The notes below the pieces were generated by a model, which saw only the letters and a program-made list of their open reading frames with translations, was not told the DNA's origin and made no database searches. Shown here in pieces: positions 38,102 through 50,099 of a DNA stretch of 64,000 bases. Origin of the DNA: Raillietiella orientalis (taxonomy: Eukaryota); the NCBI GenBank assembly GCA_036172245.1, contig JAYWIR010000003.1:1426001-1490000 (forward strand), given 5' to 3'. Position numbers and translations under genes: made by a program. The first letter of the stretch is position 1. Every line of letters starts with the position of its first letter.

Positions 38102-40222
38102 GATCTATGTGCATATTGTTTTTCCTGATTCCGCACCGGGGGAAAAACGTGGCTGGATGCTCACTTCTATAAGGGACAACATCGTCCAGCGTGGGCGTAC
38201 GTAAGTGCATGCTGGGTGTCTCGAAGGAGAAAGTCTGGCGAAATCGAATCTTGGCCCATAGGCTGAACGAAGGCAAGTTGCAGTTAATCGAAAGAGATTG
38301 TGGTACCTCCGAAATTAGGGGGGTCGCGGGTACGTGTTGAAGCGGGCATTTCGTTACGATGGTGCGCATTTTGACGAGAGCTTTCGAGGGGTCGAATCTG
38401 CCAGTTAGCCGATGGAGCCCTCGGGCGCAGCGCTTCTCTTCGCCAAGTTTGCACATGACCCAAGTGCGCATTTAACCTGTGGAATGGATACAGAGAGTGT
38501 GCCAAAAGCCGCGTAACCTGAGAACACTCGGTGATATCTATCGTTCGCTAGTGGAAGGATAACAACCAGTAAGTACGTAGGTGATCTCAGTGTTCGGGCT
38601 GACAAGAGACTCTGGAAGTATTGAAGAGCAAGGATTGCTCCCAGGACCCGAATGTGATACAGCAGACCCTCGTATAACACGGATTTGCTCAACGCGGCAG
38701 CTCTCGTGCAACGCGGTCAATCAGTACTGCAGCAGCGACGCCTCGAAGTTTAATTTTGTGGTACTTGTAATTTGCGTTCGTTCAGCCGCCTTCGGAAAGG
38801 ATACGGATTGAGTAGCTTGAATGCTATTCCATTCGAATGTTCTTAAATAAAAGGGCTCAAGAAGATGACGATGCATTTTTCAGCCACGGGTGCGACAGGG
38901 CTGAAACTGGAGAGTCGTTTCCATCAATCGATAAAACTCCATGACCTTCGTCTCTCTCTCTTCAAGTCCAATGAAAAACCAACACTGCAAATTCCTTTCT
39001 TTTTGTCGTAAAGTGAAATGGTAAGCACAGTATATTTTCCATCTTTGGATGAATCCGTAGGACTCTTTTGACGAGGGAAATAGTCCTGTAAGACTTATTT
39101 CGAAAATTTATCAGCAATTGCTAATTTGTTCAAACCATAGGACCTCACATGGTATCAAGGATGAAAAATTGTGCGCCAGCATTGTAAAGTGGGATCTTTT
39201 ATGTGATGTGCAAGTGGGAGTGAGGAAGTTTCATTGCACTTGGCTCATCCTTGTCAACTGTGTTCCGGTAGGATTCTCTGTGCATGTTTCTTGAAGCTAT
39301 AGAGGGACTTGCTCGAAAATTTCAGCGTCCATTCGAAAGAAACATTTCTGAAGCCTCGTGACGTTGGTGCATCACGCAGGAAACTGGAGGGGAAAAGTTT
39401 CAAATTGAGTAGGTTTTTTCACTCGTTATATCCGTTGAAAACAAAAGTAAAATGAAAACACAGCGAGCAAAAAGTTTACAAATTTCGCTCTCCTTTCTGC
39501 TCTGACTTTCGAGCTGCTCAAAGGTACGAAACAAACTACTAATGCCTATGATCAGGTCGCAGCTTCCAGTATTTCATAACCCTGTCGTCAAAGTGCACGG
39601 CAAACTTACGTAACTACTTGTGAGAAACTCATATGCTGCTCAGAACACTTTTTGAGGAATTGTGAAGATGGCAATTGGAAATCCCCATGATATTTTGAAA
39701 CGTGGCTGTGGGGACAAATGAATTTCTCGTCTCTCCTTTTAACCCATTCGGAAAATTTCCACGTGCTGCAGGATCTTGTTTCGAATGAGCCCTGCTCGGA
39801 GACTCCTCGAACTTCCCACTCACAGTGGCACCAAGACTCCCGCAAAATAGCTTTGTCATATGCATATCCTTTCGTTTCCTTTCATTTCCAGGAAACTTAC
39901 TTTCCTCCATGCTTAATAAGATGCCCACTAGCTGTTATAGAGAACTATCGGATCTGTCAAGGTTTCGCCCTATATACACAAATCATCACCTCGAAAGTTA
40001 AGGGAAATTCTCAACAAGCGCATGCACACGGGATGAGTACAAAGAAAAACACCAACACGGTCCTCTCACAAATTCCAAAGTTTTGTCCAGAATGAGACCG
40101 ATTTCCTCTGTTCGAATTTTCATAAATGCGCAGTGGCGTGCTGAGATGGAATGCTTGGTGTGTGTTGTGTGCACCATGATCTTTTAGGATGAGAGAATAC
40201 TTAAAATTGCTGCCTTATTTAG

Positions 40223-41020
40223 AATGGATGGTTGCTAAGCTCCTATGACTGCTTATCGGCAACAGGACAACAAGACGATGATTGGATAGAAACCACCTAT
40301 TCCTTTTGGGTGAAACTCGAATCAGAAAGTGATCCATACCCTGTGTCTATGATGTGTCCCTTTTTGAAGAAAAATAACATATCCGTGGACTATGTTCTCC
40401 TAAAAATAGAAGCGGAAACTCGTTCCGCGGAAATCTCAATCCGAGGAGATCTGGTGGAAAAAAGGATCGAGAAAGGTATCACTGAACTCACTGTTTATGA
40501 GTTTTCCGAAATTGACCTGATGCGGTTCGCTCATAAGCAGCAGAGGAATGTGAGCCTCCGTATGGAAAAGTTTCTTCCTTATTACGCCCTCGTGAGGCAG
40601 AACGAGGCGATGAATTCGAGAGGAAACGCAGCTATGTGGTACCACACGAACGAGAGCACAGGCGCCTGGATGCTTTTCGGCATCATCCTTGACGACACAG
40701 AACGGATAGCGCCCATAACAAACTCTGTAGAACAATGGATCGACGGCGTCATGAGCACGGGAGCCTCGCATCCGTCCTGCTACATAATCTGTGACTACAA
40801 CGGGTCGTTTTGCCACAGCACCCGCAAGGAAAGCGAGCTAATCGCTCTGGAAGACCGATACTATCTGATAGAGGAGAGAATGCAAGCGCTCTCCCTCGTT
40901 GCCTCTGGGGGACTTACCTTTCTGTTACTCTTTGCTTCCTTCGAACTGAGGTCTGTGTTCAGAAGAAGGATCGAGCGGGAATGGATGGCTTGGAAGGAAA
41001 CTTTCAACGGTTCCGTCTAA
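40223..41020 (+). CDS. Divergent trypsin-like (S1A) serine protease homologue with C-terminal hydrophobic segment; probably a last exon
   Basis: After a tttag acceptor: GWLLSSYDCL (WVLTAAHC), DYVLLKI (DIALLKL), NSRGNAAM (GDSGGPL), WMLFGII, VEQWIDGVM, then LSLVASGGLTFLLLFASF. The frame is open for ~265 codons. Confidence 0.55.
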   Translation, partial: NGWLLSSYDCLSATGQQDDDWIETTYSFWVKLESESDPYPVSMMCPFLKKNNISVDYVLLKIEAETRSAEISIRGDLVEKRIEKGITELTVYEFSEIDLMRFAHKQQRNVSLRMEKFLPYYALVRQNEAMNSRGNAAMWYHTNESTGAWMLFGIILDDTERIAPITNSVEQWIDGVMSTGASHPSCYIICDYNGSFCHSTRKESELIALEDRYYLIEERMQALSLVASGGLTFLLLFASFELRSVFRRRIEREWMAWKETFNGSV

Positions 41021-41329
41021 CCCGGAAGCGACGATGTAGACGCCCTCAGGGGATCACTCACGCCGACGGGAAGAAGCCTCCTTGCGGAGCTGAGACCCCA
41101 TGCTAAAAGAGAGACCTATCGACTGGTAACGCGGAGTTTTCTCCCCCTCCGATGCAGCCAAGAGAGAAGGCTGGTGTGAACTTTCATCCGTTGTACAGGC
41201 GGTCGACGCTGCACGGAACACTCCGAGGGGAAGAAGAACCAGGCGATTCGGAGCCGAACTCAGCCAATACAACCGTTCGCATCTGCAGATTGTTCCATTG
41301 TTGCGGATGGTCAACATCAGATACAGTTT

Positions 41330-44082
41330 CAGTGATTTCCGACCCCCTCGCGGCACCCACATGTCCTGGTGAACCTAGCGCGCACGCAGGGACCGAATGT
41401 CTTTACCGAAGGTCTTCGATCGGGCAGTTGGGTCCGCAACACGACGCGCATTCGCCGTTCCGACTGGTCAGGCTCAGTGCACTCAAGAAGGTCGACTGTG
41501 GTCGTTCGGGATCCAAAAGCACACCATCTGATCCCGATGTGTTCCGCCCGCTGGTGTCTTGGGAATTTCCTTAGCATTTCACCGTCGAGATCCCTCAGAG
41601 GCTCTTCCCACTTGTCCATCGCGATGAGACAGGCGCTCCTTCGGAGGAGAGGTGGTCTCGGGGCCAGCTCGCGATGCCCACCTCTTCCAGCGCTGTCGGT
41701 GAGGGTTCGGGCTGAGCAAGCAATTCACAGAACAAACCCTCTCCCAGGATCATCGTGGCTGGCCTCAGCTTTCAGCTTGTTTCCGGAACGATTTGGTGGG
41801 TGGCTACTAACTCCCAGCGACTCGGTGCAGAGCACCATCTGCCCGCGTTGGCGGCCAGAGAGAACTCGCGCAGCATCGCGAGTCTCGGGTTCGAACCCCC
41901 ACTTGACGGAAGATCAGTGCCGAGAATGTGTGGGGTGCATCGTGAGTTCCGAGTCCGCTCCACTCCTCCCCCTCACCCCCTGCAGGACGGCACCAATTGG
42001 CTCATGGACTTTTGGGTGTTGCACTGGAATGACGCTTCTTGCGTCAGGAACTGGGTGCCTCCGCTGATTAGCCGGAATGGGGAGTTAACCCTTCGGGGTC
42101 CTTTCAGGAATCACAGAGCTTCGGTTCTTCCCTCCAGTTTGTGTCGTGAAGTGCCCTTTCCCCTCACTCGTCCCCCTCCCCCTTCCATTTGTCTCGCCCA
42201 CGCCCATCCGCGCTTCGCAAGGCTCAGTGCCGGTGCCTTCCGATGCAGCGGACGCGACGGCGTCTCCTATCGGCAAAGGTGGGCGAACGAGACGGGCCCA
42301 TGGGCGTCCCTCCGACGAGCTCTCCGCGAGGAATCGGTCGCCACTTCCAGTGCATGGACCCCTGGACGAGAGTGTCGAGTCGCGCCAGGCTTTGCCCGCT
42401 CCCCTTCTCTGCTGACCGGGGAGAGATGCTTGTTTCTACGACAGGCCTGCTGCGGAGCATGATTTCCCAGCCATCTGGGACGATGCAGCAGTGCTCTTTG
42501 GGCCCCACTGTGTCCGCTTCCCCCGGGGCAGGTTGGGGAAGTGGTGCTCTCGTACCGTCATTGGGGAGCGAACGATTCCGTGGAACTTCAGGCTGGAATC
42601 ATTGCCTCGAAATTCCTCCTGAGTTTCACGGACGACAGTCACTTTGCATCCCAAACCCCTCTTCCTCTTCGCCCCTTCCCCAACAAGTCTAGGGTGTGAC
42701 GGGCAAGAGAACGTGCCTTCACATCTTCATCATTTTCGATGGCAACCATTCCGGCTACGTCATCAACGATTCGGGGGAATTCACCGGCCGCTCTTGCCCT
42801 TTGGCCTCGAGGTAGCCGGGCCGGACCACTCAAATGACTAAATGCCGAACTCGTGTCCTAACCGCGACGATGCCTCCCTCTGGAACAGGTTGGAACTGAC
42901 TTGTGCCAGGTCACCATCATACCTTGAGCAAGTGTATCACCAGCTCTCCCATCTTGCTTTCCTGATCTGCCAGAAAGGGTCATTCTTGCCCTTAGAAGAC
43001 GCAAGTGTGCTGCAGCAGCTATACTGTCGATGAAGACTGCAGCGGTCCTTGGAGAGCTCAAAGGAAAGCTCTTTGAGAGTACCAGATCCATGCTCAGACT
43101 GTCTTCAGCTACGTGATTGATCAGATTATAATGCAGGGTCTGGACTGCCAGTAAGTCAATCTGCATCGCTTGTCTCGTTCCAATGCGAGTTCTGATGGAA
43201 TCTTGGACCGTTCCCAGTTTAGAAGTACTTCTTCAAAGTCAGAATGAGTATTGCTTCTTCAAGAGCCTTCACTAAACTGGTTCTGCCAGTTTCGTGAGAA
43301 CCAGAAGTCACGATTTTTGTGCATCCTGCTCGCATTTCTGCCAATCATTTTCTTTTTTCACTTGGTGATCTAATCCCAGCGACCAGCCAGTAGTGGTCAG
43401 CGATCTCGCCCAACTTTCCTCCTTGGAATCATTCCACCCATCCTGGTACGTCAGCTGCTATGAAAGAATTGCCTCTCCTCCGCAAAAACCGTAGCTGGGA
43501 ATTAGGAAAGGAGTGAAGGAATGAAGAGAGAAGTGGAACGTTGGTGTCGCCTCAGTGGTGGTCCATGGGATGACACAAGGCCTTGCAAAACAAATCGCTG
43601 CATGATCCCTGTACACAGAACTCAGCAACGATGTCTCCAACAATCAGAATGCTCTCTACCCTGTACACAGCTAAGCATGATGCGATCATTAGAATATTGA
43701 GAAAAGCTGCCTTTGGGGCTGGAGTTAGGATGGATCCTGATATCTGCAGATCGAAAACTCCCAGGTCTGGATTCTCCTCTTCGGCCTGATTCAGTGCTGA
43801 AAAAGGGCAATGGGATGGTGATGCTAAATGACGCCTTCTCCCATGAGAATGGAGATGAAGCCTTCAACACTGCGAAAAAGGAGGAAGAAACCAGGTGTCG
43901 AGATGTTGCCGTTAAGCTCTCCCCAGAAGGCGTGGAGTCAAAGACTGGAAACATGGGACCCGCTAGGTGATGCAGTTGCTCGGGCCCCGAAAGTCCCGCG
44001 CAAGTATGCGGATAAGATCAGGCTGCTGATGGTTTCAGCTTGTATCTGTTTTACACGCGATGTTTATTGGGTACACTGGTGA
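41330..44082 (+). mobile_element. Decayed Utopia-like RLE non-LTR retrotransposon(s): RT pieces, CCHC region, RLE
   Basis: GRDGVSY (PGPDG), LYTAKHDAII (RHD), LRPDSVLKKG..HENGDEAF, WDPLGDAV..YADKIRLLMVSACICFTRDVYWVH. Confidence 0.85.
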
Positions 44083-44481
44083 AGCTCTTTCCTCAGCAGA
44101 GCTAAGACTGGACCCTCACAGAACAAAGGGGAAGACAGACGAAAAACAGGAACCGGAGGAGGGTTCCTGTTTTTCGTTCTGACAAGTTCTGAAGGACAGC
44201 ATCCGAGAAATCAAGAGCTACCATCTTGTTTGCGTTCGATGTGACTGAGTGTGAAAATAGAAAAACTCACTGGTAGCCTTCTACCTACGATATTCCTATA
44301 AGGACCAAACAGTGATCGGTATTCAGCGTATTGTAAATTATGGAACCTCAAAACCAGAACGCTGCTGAGTATATTTACTCCATTCTTGGTGCAACCGAAA
44401 GATTTTGTCACATGCAATGATTCAAAAAAGAAAAATCAATAAGCTTGTGACACCATCCATTACACTTGGAACTTGGTGATC

Positions 44482-44515
44482 ATCGCTTCTCGGCCTTTTG
44501 GCTAAGATCAAAGTG
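44482..44515 (+). ncRNA. U2: U2 snRNA 5' fragment (nt 1-34)
   Basis: ATCGCTTCTCGGCCTTTTGGCTAAGATCAAAGTG. Confidence 0.95.
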
Positions 44516-44522
44516 GAACTTG

Positions 44523-44558
44523 GTACCTGCTTCGGCGGTACATATACTAAAATTGGAA
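44523..44558 (+). ncRNA. U6: U6 snRNA 5' fragment (about nt 1-36)
   Basis: GTACCTGCTTCGGCGGTACATATACTAAAATTGGAA: the 5' UUCG stem-loop plus the conserved ATATACTAAAATTGGAA. Confidence 0.93.
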
Positions 44559-44569
44559 ATTGGTAAAGT

Positions 44570-47100
44570 TCGGAGGTAGCCGTCATAAGGAACTACCTTC
44601 CGGGCTGATGCAGCTCAACCTCGCCCAGGCATCCACGAATTTTTACATCCAAGCATTAAGGTTCAAAGGGCAGCAGAAGTCGAGCAGAAAGGCCACCTGC
44701 TTTAGGGGAAACCCCAAGAGCTTCATTTATTCCGGGTTTCGGGCAGAAATGACGCGAGTCCCCTGCAGCCAACCGCTTGCCGTAGAAGGTGGCGAGTGGA
44801 GAAGCACCACTGCTGGTTTAATGCCCTCTTCTCCTTTTTTTCTTTGACCTCTTCTTTAGGACGAGTCTTCGAAAGTAGAGCTACAGCTCTATCCTCTTCA
44901 GCATGAGGATGCCGAGTTCGGCATCCTTCTGTGGAGCTGCAATGTCCTTGAGGCAGGCGCGAGGGCACAAAGCGCCCCAGAGGGACTTCTTCAAAAGTCC
45001 GTCGGCCCGTTGCCTTGCCTCAGCGGGAGGGGAGCAAACAAAAAGAAGCGGTTGGAGGAGGTGAGCAACAAAAGAGCTCCAGATCAAGACTCACCCCGGC
45101 AGGTTGAACCTGCCCTTAAGGAATGCACCAAGAGCCTTCTCTGTCTTTTGGAGGCAGCCGGACCACGCCTCGGAGGCGCCGAAGTCGCCCACTGATACGC
45201 CAAGGTACTCTAACCACCTGCTCGTGGGGACGCCAAGCGGATCAAGTCCAGGGCCTCTGCAGCGACGCTCCCACTGGGACGCTCCGCCTTGCTTATTTGC
45301 GTAAATGCCCGTTTCCCGGCAGATCAGCTCGAAGAATTCCTTGAGCTCAGCTTTCGGGGTGGGAAGAGGGGCAGCAGGAGACTCAAGTCATTTGCGTAGG
45401 GCACCACGGCCGGCGTGTACGGGCAGAACATTGACTGGTTGACCAGAGTTGTCTCGTAACCGTTCAGCACCCAAAATAGGGCTCAGCTGCGACCTTGCCT
45501 TATTCCTCGACACACCGACACGCCGTAAACGTGGAGACTGTCGCTACTGATGGAGATTCGTGTGTAGCGCTAAAGCAAGGTCAAGTAACACAGCAAGCAT
45601 CAGGGCAATCCTAGGAGCTGCAGGAGTTCCAGGCTCACGTACTTGGAAGCCTTGTGGAGATAGATTGCAATCGCCAGAGCATCTAGCTCCTCTACCTCCC
45701 AGTTCTTTTCCCTACGGACCTCCTCTGCAACCTTCTGTTGCAATCGTAGCCAGCTCTTCCCAAGGAACAAGTTAGACTTCACATTTCTGCGCTGCACAGC
45801 ATAGGTCAGCTCTGATGAAGTCGGCCATCCATCCCAGGCACGCAGTCCAGAGTCCGAAGAGCAGCTGCATGTCCTCATCCGCTGGATCGGTCGCATGCTA
45901 GTTGCTCAGATTGCAAAGGTCTCCTCTTCTCGGAAGAAGACACACTCTGGATGACCGGAAGGAGGCGATGGTATCTCGCCTCTCACCCGAATCAGCACGG
46001 TCAACCTCTGTACCATGTCAGCAGCATCCTCCTCAAAGCTCTGGCGCACCTTCCTCTGCCATACCCGCCACCCCCAGTAGCTTCCGTCCGCAACGGAAGG
46101 CCGCCCATTCCCATGGCGAACGCGAACGCCAAGTTGGTGGTGGCCACGCTGCGGAATGATTGACCACGACAGGTGGAGGAATGCATCGTCCTTCCGGAGA
46201 ACGCCTACCCGGGGGCACGAAGGCACGGAGTACAGCCCGCTTCTCGCCAGGACGCAGCGATACAAAGGGAGAGCGTCCAGAGATAAGCGAAACCCCAGTA
46301 ATCCCCGATGTTTCCAACCGTGGGGATGCTGACGGGATATTGACGCGCCGGACGCCCTGCGATCGCAGTCGACTTGCAAAAGGCACTCGACTGGGTCGAT
46401 CAGGACCTCATCGAGGACCTCTCGGAGCGCGTCGGCTTCTTCCCCGTCTTGCAGGGCTCACCTGCGTTCCAGATGGCACGGTGCGCGTCTTTTTCCGGTG
46501 GTCGGCACGTTGACTGCGCGCGACGGCGTGTTGGGGCTTGAGGATCCAGTGCCTACTCCGACTTGGTGCTGGGGGCATTCCAGGGACACTTCAGAGACCT
46601 TGCCGAGCTCATGACCGGTAGGGAGCCCAGCCCTTCATCCGTGTGTCCATTCGTCGATGACAAGTCCGAGCGACGATGTCACTCTTGCTGTTAAGCAGGT
46701 GACGGAAACGGGTGAAGAAGGAAGAAATTGGGCTCCCTGAGTCCTGGAGCTGGTCCAGAGGTCAGGGAGAACTCCAGTTTCATTGGGATAAGTCCCGGGA
46801 GCAGTCATAGGTTTGGGATTTTCCATGTCTCGCCCCACGGGGTCGGTGGCTTCCGGCGCCCCTTCTCGACCTGCATGTCGGCTTGATCGAATGGTTTCGT
46901 GCTCAGGAAAGTTCGATGGCGATCCGTGTCGCCTAGCAACCGTCCTCTGCGCTCGTGGAGACGGTGCAAGCGGGTCGATAGTTTCTGGGATGGTGACCTG
47001 ACCTGGCTGGCGGGAAATGGTCGCTCCGCTTCGTGCTCTGCGCCGGCGGCATCGGTGGGACAAGAGAATGTCACGAGGCGGAATCCCGGATTCCCTCAAA
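44570..47100 (-). mobile_element. Decayed R2-group non-LTR retrotransposon (N-terminal Zn-finger-like region and RT)
   Basis: FSCPTD..LHRLH, CVPGMDG, LAVLLDLALA, QLSPIL, VPYANDL (YADDL), LEYLGVSVG, APQKDAELGI. Confidence 0.8.
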
Positions 47101-48515
47101 GTTTCGGGGTTGCTGGGGAGTGGGGAGGGAGAGGCGAGGTTGATACTTTCTGCTTGGCATGATTTCGGACAGCCATTTCTAGAATCGCGTGGAGGATGCC
47201 TTCCGGGAATGTTGGAATTCAGGATGAAGGGAAAGTGGTAGCAGCAGCAGTAGCAGGAACAGTAGTAGCAGGATGAGGGGGAGGAGGAGGAGGAGAGGAG
47301 GAGGAGGAGGGTAAAGGGATATCCTGAGCCATGTGGCGGCTCTTCCATGACAAAAAATGCAGCGGAGAAACCCAGAGACGACGGCGTTGCATCTTCGGAA
47401 ATTGTTGCCTGGAAGGGTGCCGTACGTACTCCCAGTTGCAATGGATACTCCTTTCCCTTCCTGGTGCTGCGCGAGCGATGGAGACTGGAACTTTCTCGAG
47501 GTCCATCTCCCATCTGGTGTTCTCCGTGACGCGGACCGAGGAAGACACGAATATGCAAGGATTCCGGAGGCAAATGTGGTCAAAATTCTCCAACAAGGAG
47601 TGGACGGGATGTTTCGCGCGCGCGCGCACACTTCCGTAGGAAACAGTGAGGAAAAACTGACCCGAAAAGAGAAGAAAGTTGATGCCGCTGCTTGAAGATT
47701 TTTTTTTTCCGAAAGAGGACGGTGATGCGACACCACGGTTTCCAACAGAGAGGAGAAAAAAGAAAGAGAAAAAAAGGAACGAACGCCCCTACTCCGCGGA
47801 CTGGGAGAGGAAGGAGAAGCGGGAAGGAAAAGCCAGTTGCAGTCTTCTCACGCAGCGACCCACGCTCCGACTCCACGAGCGCCTCTAGCACCGCCCCCCA
47901 CCTTGTCGGTCGCTCGCTACTCCTCCGCGTCGAGCGACCACGACTCTCGGCTCCTGGAGGTTGCGCTCGACCGGATGGCGGCTCTCTTCTTTCCCTTGTC
48001 CACGTCCATCAGCAGGACCGCGGCGAATTCCCATGCCGCGTCTCACGCAGTGCTCGCGGATGCTGCCCGGGCGCTCGGACCGGCAATGTATCCTTCTACT
48101 CTCCATCCCAACCAAGCTGGAGTGGATACCTCGTTCCCCGAGAGAGTCTCTATGGAAATGCGAACCACACATGCCGTTTCCGCGGATGCCTCGCCCAACG
48201 GCGCGTGCTTCCCCGATGGGTTCCGTGGCGAACGTGACGCGCAGCTTCACAGCTAGAAGGGCTCGAGGCGATGCTTCGTTTCTTCGCCGATGGTCCCAAA
48301 GTCCTGCTTTCACACCCGTGGGAACGTTTGCACGTCTGCCCATTTCGATAGGTCCGCTTCATCCCACGGTCGCTCACAAGGCAGATCTCACTAAGATGCA
48401 TTTCCAATCAGCCACAACAGCAAACAGTCAGCTGATAAAGATTAATATATTTCATACCACTTTAATTGAGCATTTTACTGTAGTATACATTGCACGGAGG
48501 AATGACAAAAGCCAC

Positions 48516-48776
48516 AAACACATATAACCAACACAACACCGCCGGTTCTGAACGAAAGGAACGGCCCTGTCCCCTACCCTCCCCATATCTTTATTTATAT
48601 TATTTACGTGTATATTTGTGGTCCCCGCCCTCCCGTTCCGGACTTTCGGATTTACCGACCTGCGTGTCGGGGAGCGCTCCCTTCGTTTTTCTGTGTCCTT
48701 TGTCCGGGAACAGAGTTTCCGGATAGCTTAGAAAGAAACGCCCCGGCGCACCCGGGTGGGAAACACATATAACCAA
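48516..48776. mobile_element. 229-bp insert flanked by 16-bp direct repeats
   Basis: aaacacatataaccaa at 48516-48531 and 48761-48776. Confidence 0.7.
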
Positions 48777-50099
48777 TATAGATAGATGGATTGCTGTATC
48801 TTCGGATACTCTTGCGACTATTAAAGAACGTGGTCTTTTTATACCAAGATGTATTCAACCAACTGCGAATAAGAAATGTTAACATCAGTGATTACAAAGG
48901 TCTTCTTGTTCCCCCTCTACAACTGTATCGTTTCTTCCCTTATGAAGGCAATAGCCTAACAAAAGAAGCGTACTTTTTTATCTCTTCAGAAAAGAACGGA
49001 AGAAAAAACGGTTGTAGTAAATCCAAGGAAAGACTGAAATTTTTTTAAAAAAACTCGAACGCGCTGTGTGTAAAATTGTGGCATCAGCAGGCAAGGAGGC
49101 TCCCTACGGTTGTTTCAGAAGAATCAGCTTCATCTGGACCTGATCTTCAGAAGTTACACCAAACTTGCCCTTCCAAGAGCGAGGCTTTTTTTTTTGGGAT
49201 GCACGCGCAACCAGTGCTTTCCAAATTCGCATTCATTCTCTGCAGGGTTGGGTAAGAGTGTCTCGACACTCGGACAAAGCAAAGAGCCTAGACGGATGTC
49301 CGAACACGAAGAAGCTTCGTCAGCAACACTTTCTCGGAATTGCTGATCGGATGCTTCAAAGTTATTCGGTTTGGTGCATCGGAGCTTCCCTCCCAGAACG
49401 AATTCCGAAGGGAAAACCCCGGCTCGAGACCCGGAGTGATTATTCACCGATGAGGACGGTTCGAATGCCAAATTCATTAATCAACCGACATTGACCGGGC
49501 GACAAGATACAGGTACAATCGAGAGAGCGAATGCAACACTTACAGCATCCCGGAGTCCAAGATCTCTGCTCAGAACGTACATTCGGTTTTCCTATTGTTT
49601 ATTGTTTCACTATGGCAACATATCGGCAGAGGACGTATGGTAAAATCCCTATCAGGATTCCCACGCACGCATCAGGAAGAAAGAGGGAAATAAAAAAAAA
49701 AAAAAAAAAAATAGCAATTATGATGGGAACGAACATTTGAATCCGAATAGGAGCTAATCGCAGAGTTATGAGGAGCTATTTTCCTTTCGTGTGAGCTCCC
49801 GCTGAACGCTGTACATCACAGCATCAAACCACATCCTAGCTCACCAGGGGAAAAAAAACATATGGAAATGCAATTTCCGGCGGTTTTCCCTATCTTGCCG
49901 CCGTACTTTTTGCCGGGGTGTCTGTCTGTGCTTACGATAATCGAATTCTGTTTGTGCTCGGCGCCATTTCGTATCCGTTTCCTCTCCTCTGCCCAGTTTC
50001 TGTATTTTCGATTGGCAACTGTTGAGGCGTTATGGATTTTTAACTCGACATCCAACGCGAATTTGCTTTTTGCAGTTCTGATCGCATCAATTGCAAAGC

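Noticed and set aside
44468..44564. True CRISPR array
   Set aside because: Repeats are only 10 bp, the context is eukaryotic and no cas genes are present. Kept instead as a retro-capture structure.
46635..47573. 312-aa minus-strand ORF as a host gene
   Set aside because: It spans a trinucleotide low-complexity tract and the 5' part of a retroelement remnant.
49154..49477. SH3-like GVFPSEFV
   Set aside because: Single motif; the rest of the domain was not seen.
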